64,000 nt of DNA, taken from the IMG/VR virus record IMGVR_UViG_3300047650_000023. One strand, given 5' to 3'. The notes below the pieces were generated by a model. It was given only the letters and a program-made list of their open reading frames with translations, made no database searches and had not been told where the DNA came from. Numbering within the stretch: the stretch's first letter is position 1; each line of letters begins with the position of its first letter. Origin of the DNA: a virus. Both the position numbers and the translations under genes were made by a program. Shown here piece by piece: positions 57,719 through 64,000 of the stretch.

Positions 57719-58426
57719 ATGGCAAACACAAAAAAAATTATAGACACAACTACAGAAAACACAGAACAAAATGTTGAGACTCAAGAAACTAAAATTGAAA
57801 CTAAAGATACTACTTCTATTGATATAGAATCTATTATAAAAAAGGCTGTTTCGGAAACTGCTAAAAATTACGATGATAAAATAACTGACTATGAAAATAA
57901 AATCAAAGAATTAGAAGCAAGATGTAACAACAACAGTAACAATGGTTCTAAATTTGATCCAAATAAACGTATCAAAATTATGTATATGGGTGCAGGGTCT
58001 GCTAACTTTTCAAGAGGTAGGATAAATGTTGATTTTAAACAATTGTTTGATACTCATGATGTAAGATATGATATTTTTGAAGAAATGTATGATATATTTG
58101 GAGATTGGTTTAGAAGTTTTGAACTTATAATTCTTAATAAAGATGTTAGAGAAGAAACTGGGTTAGAATATGGATTTAATACTAGCGGAGCAGATAAAAC
58201 TATATTCTTTGAAATGCTCAAGTTAGATAACGCTGAATGTTTGAATAAACTTAGTGAATTTTCACCACAAGTTGCTATGGGATTTTTGAAATTTTATGTT
58301 GATGAGTATTTAAAATACAATTCAGATGCAATAGCAAAATTTTCTGATATAACTACATATTTTCAAAATCATTTTGGTATAGGACAAATTCAAAATACTA
58401 TTCAAGAAATGATGTCGGGAAGATAA
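57719..58426 (+). CDS. Putative virion morphogenesis protein
   Basis: Position between capsid and neck genes. Confidence 0.6.
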   Translation: MANTKKIIDTTTENTEQNVETQETKIETKDTTSIDIESIIKKAVSETAKNYDDKITDYENKIKELEARCNNNSNNGSKFDPNKRIKIMYMGAGSANFSRGRINVDFKQLFDTHDVRYDIFEEMYDIFGDWFRSFELIILNKDVREETGLEYGFNTSGADKTIFFEMLKLDNAECLNKLSEFSPQVAMGFLKFYVDEYLKYNSDAIAKFSDITTYFQNHFGIGQIQNTIQEMMSGR

Positions 58427-58467
58427 AGTAATAATAAAAACAAATTATGTAAGGAGGTGTTAAATAT

Positions 58468-59139
58468 TTGAGTACGCCATTTTTAAATATTTATAAACAA
58501 AATGAAGTTTTTAAAAACGATTCACGTTTAAAATATAAACCAACTAATCAATTATATGAATTATATTCTACATATCTTGATTTTGCAATTGGTGAATTTG
58601 ATATAGATTGTTATAAAGATTTAGATAATATTTTACCATTTACACAAAATGAATATTACTATAATGCTGATGGTGTGAATAATGTGTTCTCAGTTTCAAC
58701 ACTTCCAGATAATTGTTTATTTTATGTTGGTACAGCACCAGATTCTAACACTTGTTATACTGAAACAACTAATTATACCTTTGATAATATTGCTATGACT
58801 ATTACTATTAATAATGCTATTTTACCACAAGGAACATTCGTATATATTAGTGGATATCAAATCGGTGAATTTTCTGATGATTTAAATAAAATGGAAATTA
58901 ACATCTTAAACGCTGGTATGCTTGTGCCTTGGGATATGGAACATATACATAGGGATTCATTATTAACACAAATGATGGTTAATGGAAACTCGAAAATATA
59001 CTCTCAGGCGCAACATATTTCGTCAGTAGCTGATGTTGCAAATAATCAATATTTTAAAGTATTTCAGAGTATGATTACTTCTTATTCCTATAAATATTCG
59101 CCAAACTCTCTTAGAAATCTAGGAGGTAGAGGATATTGA
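58468..59139 (+). CDS. Putative head-tail adaptor
   Basis: MSTPFxxIY N-terminus; synteny. Confidence 0.5.
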   Translation: MSTPFLNIYKQNEVFKNDSRLKYKPTNQLYELYSTYLDFAIGEFDIDCYKDLDNILPFTQNEYYYNADGVNNVFSVSTLPDNCLFYVGTAPDSNTCYTETTNYTFDNIAMTITINNAILPQGTFVYISGYQIGEFSDDLNKMEINILNAGMLVPWDMEHIHRDSLLTQMMVNGNSKIYSQAQHISSVADVANNQYFKVFQSMITSYSYKYSPNSLRNLGGRGY

Positions 59140-60212
59140 ATATGCCTATCGCTACTCCCTCGCTTTCGAGTAACCAAAATCGTAATAGAATTTTAGGTTA
59201 TACAAATCAACTTTCAGATGAGAAAAATCAATTGATTTATAAAATCAAAGAAAATTTTAAAAACAATCTTGATTATTTTCCTGTAACTAAAGATTTTGAT
59301 ACTTCAACTACATATGATGCTTTAATTTTCGATGGAAACCGTGACCAAAAAGTTTTAGGTTTTAAACAATTTGTAAGTTTTCCCTACGACACGTTACAGT
59401 TCGATATTGGAAATTATGTAAGTTTTCAATACGGTGATGAATACGAAAACTGGCTGATAACTTCATTAGATAAAGCACAACTGTGGAACGTCAATGGTGA
59501 TATTGAAAGATGCGTTAGTATTTTAAAATGGATTGATGATAATGGTGATTTACAATCTTATCCATGTGTGATTAAAGATACATCTGGGCGCATTATGATG
59601 CCTGATTTTAATGGCTTACTTGTTACACAAAATGGATATATTAAAATCGCTATTCAAGAAAATGCAGATACAGATTTAATAAAAAATAATGATAGATTTT
59701 TGTTTGGTATACCAAATAATTATACTGCTTTTAAAGTTGATTTGGCAAATAATTATACTAAAACAAAATCATTAACATTTGATTTATATATTACACAATT
59801 ATCACCAAATGATGATATTATAAACGGTATTGCGTGGAATGATGTGACTGGAAACAAACCACAGCCTGTTCCCTCTCCTACTGGTAAGAGTTATATATTA
59901 ACTTCTGATGGAAATATAACACAAGATAAAGATAATCCAAATTTGTATACTACAACCATTCTTCAAGGTTCAAATCATACACATACATTTCATATTGATA
60001 CTTATAACAACAATGTTCAACAAACTGATATATTTACAGTTACTTCAAGTGGTGTACCAACAAGTAATTATAGTTTAAATATTATTGATGGAAACACATT
60101 TACAATAACTAACAATCAGAAGTACACTGATAATAAATTAAAAGTTATTTGTACTGATACTTCTGATAATACAACAGTTGAATTAGATGTATTATTAGGA
60201 GGTGCTTGGTAA
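59136..60212 (+). CDS. Putative head closure/neck protein with Ig-like C-terminus
   Basis: Synteny; beta-rich C-terminus. Confidence 0.5.
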   Translation: MNMPIATPSLSSNQNRNRILGYTNQLSDEKNQLIYKIKENFKNNLDYFPVTKDFDTSTTYDALIFDGNRDQKVLGFKQFVSFPYDTLQFDIGNYVSFQYGDEYENWLITSLDKAQLWNVNGDIERCVSILKWIDDNGDLQSYPCVIKDTSGRIMMPDFNGLLVTQNGYIKIAIQENADTDLIKNNDRFLFGIPNNYTAFKVDLANNYTKTKSLTFDLYITQLSPNDDIINGIAWNDVTGNKPQPVPSPTGKSYILTSDGNITQDKDNPNLYTTTILQGSNHTHTFHIDTYNNNVQQTDIFTVTSSGVPTSNYSLNIIDGNTFTITNNQKYTDNKLKVICTDTSDNTTVELDVLLGGAW

Positions 60213-60769
60213 TGCCTGATTTTTTAGGAAATGATTATTCTAAATTTACTGGATTAGCTGATATGCCCTACAATATTATTTCTTATTTACTTAATAATAA
60301 TGATAATTTGTGGAAAATGATTTATTATAATGATTCAGATTGTTTATTTAAAGATAATCTTACTATCGACCAAAAAACATCTTTAATTTACAATGGTCAA
60401 ACAGATTCTTCAACATATAGAATGTTTATGATAGACATGGTTGATGATATTGTAAATACAGAATATGCTTTTGTAAAAGTCTTTGAAGCAGTTATTACAC
60501 CAAATAATAGAATTGTTTCTACAATTAATTTTCAAATAGATGTTTTTTGTCATAATAAAATAAATCAAATGAGTAATTATCAACCGAGAACATTAAGGAT
60601 GAAACAAGAGGTTTTGAGTACGTTAAATGGTGCAAATATCGGTGGGTTAGGTTATTTAAGTTTTGACCAAGTTAGTTCAAGGCGTGATATTAGTTTGTTA
60701 AATTTGAGTAATAGTAAAGAATATAGTGGATATAGTATTTTAATGCATACTAATATGGGGAAGGGATAA
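60212..60769 (+). CDS. Putative tail terminator/completion protein
   Basis: Synteny before the tail tube. Confidence 0.45.
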   Translation: MPDFLGNDYSKFTGLADMPYNIISYLLNNNDNLWKMIYYNDSDCLFKDNLTIDQKTSLIYNGQTDSSTYRMFMIDMVDDIVNTEYAFVKVFEAVITPNNRIVSTINFQIDVFCHNKINQMSNYQPRTLRMKQEVLSTLNGANIGGLGYLSFDQVSSRRDISLLNLSNSKEYSGYSILMHTNMGKG

Positions 60770-61639
60770 ATGAATAAAAAAGAATTTGAATTACAATATG
60801 CTTCATATTTATTATTTGATGATCCGATTCCATATAAAGATTTATTGATATATCCGATTCCAATGGAAGATTATATTAAATTTAATACTTGCGTACAGAG
60901 TGTTTCTGTGGATAAAAATAGTATTGACACTAATAATCCTATGATTACTGCAAAAATTATTGGAATGTCTTATTTAGATTTTTTATTTTATATGGTTAAT
61001 CAATCTGAAAATGGAATAATTAACATTTCATATATGCTTAATTTACTTTGTATGTGTTTACATATTAATTCTGATGATATTGGTTTTCCTAATGAAATTC
61101 GACAGAATTATACATTGGATATTAAAACTAATAAAAAAGATAAAGACGGAATAGAAATTATCACAACTACAATTATTGATAGATTTGATTTTGATAATAT
61201 AAGAAAAATAATTTGTTATCAAAATTTAATTGATTTACCAGAAGATGATTTAACACCACCTGCTTTAAAAGAAAAGTTAAAAGAAGCTCAGGATTTCCAA
61301 AACAAAAGTAAAAAGAAAATGGGCAGTCTTGAAGACCAAATTATATGTCTAATGATTTCTACAGAATTAAATTTAGATATGATTAAACATATGAGCATAA
61401 GAAAGTTTGAAAAGGCTCTTTCTCGTATTGATTTCAAAATACATTATGAAATATATAAGGAAGCCGAATGTAGTGGAATGGTTACTTTTAAAAAAGGTGT
61501 AGACCATTGGATGAGTGATTTAACAAATGATGATAAATATTCAGATGTTAAAGTTGGTTTGGAAGATTTTAAAAGTAAAACTGGTTTTCAAAATATTCAA
61601 ACTGTAAACGAATCAGTTTCGTTAGAAAAAATCAGATAA
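60770..61639 (+). CDS. Putative tail assembly protein
   Basis: Synteny. Confidence 0.45.
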   Translation: MNKKEFELQYASYLLFDDPIPYKDLLIYPIPMEDYIKFNTCVQSVSVDKNSIDTNNPMITAKIIGMSYLDFLFYMVNQSENGIINISYMLNLLCMCLHINSDDIGFPNEIRQNYTLDIKTNKKDKDGIEIITTTIIDRFDFDNIRKIICYQNLIDLPEDDLTPPALKEKLKEAQDFQNKSKKKMGSLEDQIICLMISTELNLDMIKHMSIRKFEKALSRIDFKIHYEIYKEAECSGMVTFKKGVDHWMSDLTNDDKYSDVKVGLEDFKSKTGFQNIQTVNESVSLEKIR

Positions 61640-61719
61640 GTTTGATTAATTAATCGTCTTTTATTAGGCGATTTTTTATTTATAACAAAATAAATTAAAA
61701 CAAGGAGGAAATTATAAAT

Positions 61720-62760
61720 ATGGCTTATGTAGATGAATATCTTGTTGGTGTAGGACACGCCTATTACTATGACACATTAGGTAATCTTATTCTCGAAGCA
61801 AAAACACAGATAGAAAATTCATTCACTTCAAGTACAGCTAATACAGAAATACATGGTGGACAAAATGACGAAACTCTTTTTGTATATTATCATACGGCAA
61901 AGCTTGCAGTTGCATTAAAAGATGCACAATTTAACCTTGCATTTTTAGCTGCAAATTTTGGGTCTTCAATTACTACTGGTGTTAATGTTTGGCAGACATC
62001 TAGTGTAACTTTAGCTTCTGGTGGGGTTGGAACTGCTCCTTCAGCGCCATTGCAATCTCCTGATAGTTCTGCAATATACGGATGGGTTACAGATCCAAGC
62101 GGTAATACAACCAAAGTTACTTTTACTGGAAGTACTTTTACTCTTGCTGGTGGTACAACTGGTGAAGTTGTGACGCTTCGTTATTTTACTGCCAATTCTG
62201 CCGCACAGCAGATAGTTATTCCTGCTGGTATTATCCCTGCTATTGGTAGACTTGTTGTTGATGCAACTTTAGCATCATCTACAACTGGAACTGGCATACT
62301 TGGAACTGTTCAAGTAGAAGTCCCTAGATTTCAAATGGATGGCTCAAATACTATTGACCTTAAATCGTCAGGTGTTTATGAGAATGATATTAAAGGTATG
62401 GCTCTTAAATTCACAGATGCAAGTGTTGGTAATATTGATGTTTATGCAAAAGTAACACAGATTATAAACAATGCTAATTGGTATGATAATGTTTCAATGA
62501 TACAGAATTCAGGTGGTGACGCAGTTGTGTTGACTTCTGGAAATTCTACAAGTCAATTGAATATTTATGCAATACCTACTGTCGGTCAAGCATTTATAGC
62601 AAATTCTGCAAATCTTTCATACATAAGTAGCACACCAGCTACATGTACAGTTTCTGCAACAGGACTTATTACGAGAGTAACTACTGGTAGTTCAGTTATA
62701 AGCGTTTCAATAGTTGGAGATACAAATGTAGCTTGTTCTATCAATGTAACCTGTTCATAA
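61720..62760 (+). CDS. Major tail tube protein with C-terminal Ig-like domain
   Basis: Thr/Gly/Ser-rich; C-term YISSTPATCTVSATGLIT...G Big_2-like pattern. Confidence 0.75.
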   Translation: MAYVDEYLVGVGHAYYYDTLGNLILEAKTQIENSFTSSTANTEIHGGQNDETLFVYYHTAKLAVALKDAQFNLAFLAANFGSSITTGVNVWQTSSVTLASGGVGTAPSAPLQSPDSSAIYGWVTDPSGNTTKVTFTGSTFTLAGGTTGEVVTLRYFTANSAAQQIVIPAGIIPAIGRLVVDATLASSTTGTGILGTVQVEVPRFQMDGSNTIDLKSSGVYENDIKGMALKFTDASVGNIDVYAKVTQIINNANWYDNVSMIQNSGGDAVVLTSGNSTSQLNIYAIPTVGQAFIANSANLSYISSTPATCTVSATGLITRVTTGSSVISVSIVGDTNVACSINVTCS

Positions 62761-62904
62761 TAAATTCAACTTAATTCAACTTAATTAAACTAAATAATAT
62801 GGTTTTTTTAATCTGATTCGAAGCGGATTAAGAGTAATAGTAGAGGAGTGTAATTCCTAAATACACTCCTCTTTCCCTATTTTATTCTATAGGAGGAATA
62901 TAAA

Positions 62905-64000
62905 ATGATTAAAAATTGCATCCAATGTGGAAAAGAAATAAATATTAGTAATAGAAATCAAAAATTATGTTTAGAATGTAGGAAAGAACATGAAAGATTA
63001 AATTATCAAAAACAGAATAATAAAAGAACAAACAAAAAGAAAATTGAATACGATAATAATTTTATTAATTGTACAGAAAACAATGGTATATCTTTAACTA
63101 TTAAAGGTTTTGATGAAATTAGTAGATTAAAATATGCTGCTTATAGATTTTTTTATAAAGAATCTTGGTTACAATTAATTATTAAATATAACAAATATGA
63201 CGAATTAATGAAATATTTAAAACAAGAATATTTAGATTATATCAATATAAATGGATATTTAGGAGTTGCAGATTTTGCAAAGAAACATCATAAATATATT
63301 ACATATGAATTAATTAGTGATATTGGTACGGAAATATTTTTGGATTTTTGCGGAGTAAAATACTATAGAAATGATATCGAAGATTATAAAAATAATTTTA
63401 ATGACCTAGTTATGGAATTAGGATACATACCTTTATACTCAGAATTTTTAAAAAACTCCAAAATAATGGTTGGAAATTATAAAAAGAGATTTAATCTAAT
63501 ACCACCTATATATGATAATATAGTTAAAATGTATGTTTCTGATTCTGAATTTGAAGAATATTTGCAAAATAATAAAGATCATAAATATATGGTAACTAAA
63601 GATCAACTTGAGTTAGGAAGAAATACATTATCTTTAGAAGAATTGGAAATCGAATTTAAGCGAGTATTTGATTTGTGTTTTGAACAAACAACTAAATATC
63701 CATCCATGAATTTATTTAACAAATTATCTTCACATGATGAATCTGTATACAGAAATAAATTAAGTTTATCTTGGAATAATGTTTGTAAATATTATGGATA
63801 TGAGTTTGACCATAATCCAAATATATTTGAAAATTATGTATTAAAACAAATTGAATTTATTTTAAAGACTACATGTGAGCCTCAAATGGTTTTTCCTTGG
63901 CTAATTGGAATAAAAAACTTTCCTTTATTTTGTGATGGATTTTATTCAGAGTATGGATTAGTCGTAGAAACTGATGGGATACAACATAAAGTTCCAGTTA
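62905..64000 (+). CDS. Putative homing endonuclease (N-terminal Zn finger, Vsr/EDxHD-like PD-(D/E)xK domain), truncated by window end
   Basis: AGGAGG then ATG; CIQC...YCLEC; C-term LFCDGF...VVETDGIQH; absent from the ORF track because no stop is in the window. Confidence 0.7.
   Translation, partial: MIKNCIQCGKEINISNRNQKLCLECRKEHERLNYQKQNNKRTNKKKIEYDNNFINCTENNGISLTIKGFDEISRLKYAAYRFFYKESWLQLIIKYNKYDELMKYLKQEYLDYININGYLGVADFAKKHHKYITYELISDIGTEIFLDFCGVKYYRNDIEDYKNNFNDLVMELGYIPLYSEFLKNSKIMVGNYKKRFNLIPPIYDNIVKMYVSDSEFEEYLQNNKDHKYMVTKDQLELGRNTLSLEELEIEFKRVFDLCFEQTTKYPSMNLFNKLSSHDESVYRNKLSLSWNNVCKYYGYEFDHNPNIFENYVLKQIEFILKTTCEPQMVFPWLIGIKNFPLFCDGFYSEYGLVVETDGIQHKVPV

Noticed and set aside
1577-62114. 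Many antisense ORFs in the track (e.g. 1577-1789, 9313-9513, 13843-14070, 23530-23916, 43034-43324, 55239-55667, 61890-62114)
   Set aside because: They lie opposite better-supported genes, have no RBS or motifs, and are typical shadow ORFs.
62760-62800. Short AATTCAACTT duplication after the tail tube gene
   Set aside because: Two copies in low-complexity AT-rich DNA; uninformative.
1-64000. CRISPR array or anti-CRISPR mini-array
   Set aside because: No 25-40 bp direct repeats with unique spacers were found; the junction sites are too degenerate and are separated by whole genes.
1-64000. Stop-codon reassignment
   Set aside because: Long conserved genes (terminase, portal, RNAP, capsid) read through intact in the standard bacterial code.

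Overview
This very AT-rich 64 kb window is part of a large temperate phage of a low-GC Firmicute. The host is probably Clostridia-like, inferred from the RBS and sigma-A promoter style. The layout resembles Bacillus phage SPbeta, and no host chromosome or att junction is visible. Left arm (1-27.5 kb, minus strand): about 60-70 small early genes, two Xre regulators, a DUF262 protein, a SAM methyltransferase, a truncated coaE and an intact IscB with its omega-RNA. Centre (27.5-30.4 kb): non-coding, with a base-skew switch and a cluster of seven DnaA-box-like 9-mers. Right arm (plus strand): tyrosine recombinase, (AAACCAAT)9 repeat, Rep-like protein, deaminase, two ParB-like proteins, YonO-type single-subunit RNA polymerase, about 1 kb of highly structured non-coding sequence, HU, tRNA-Ser(ACT), tRNA-Gly(TCC), then terminase, portal, protease/scaffold, capsid and tail genes, with three putative homing endonucleases. 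The best candidate for a new system is an 18-bp imperfect palindrome (6-bp arm, variable 6-bp core, 6-bp arm) at about 28 early-gene junctions. Two copies bound the IscB/omega-RNA unit exactly, suggesting a recombinase-driven gene-cassette array that also carries a self-programming OMEGA nuclease. All family calls come from motif recognition by eye; no database searches were run.
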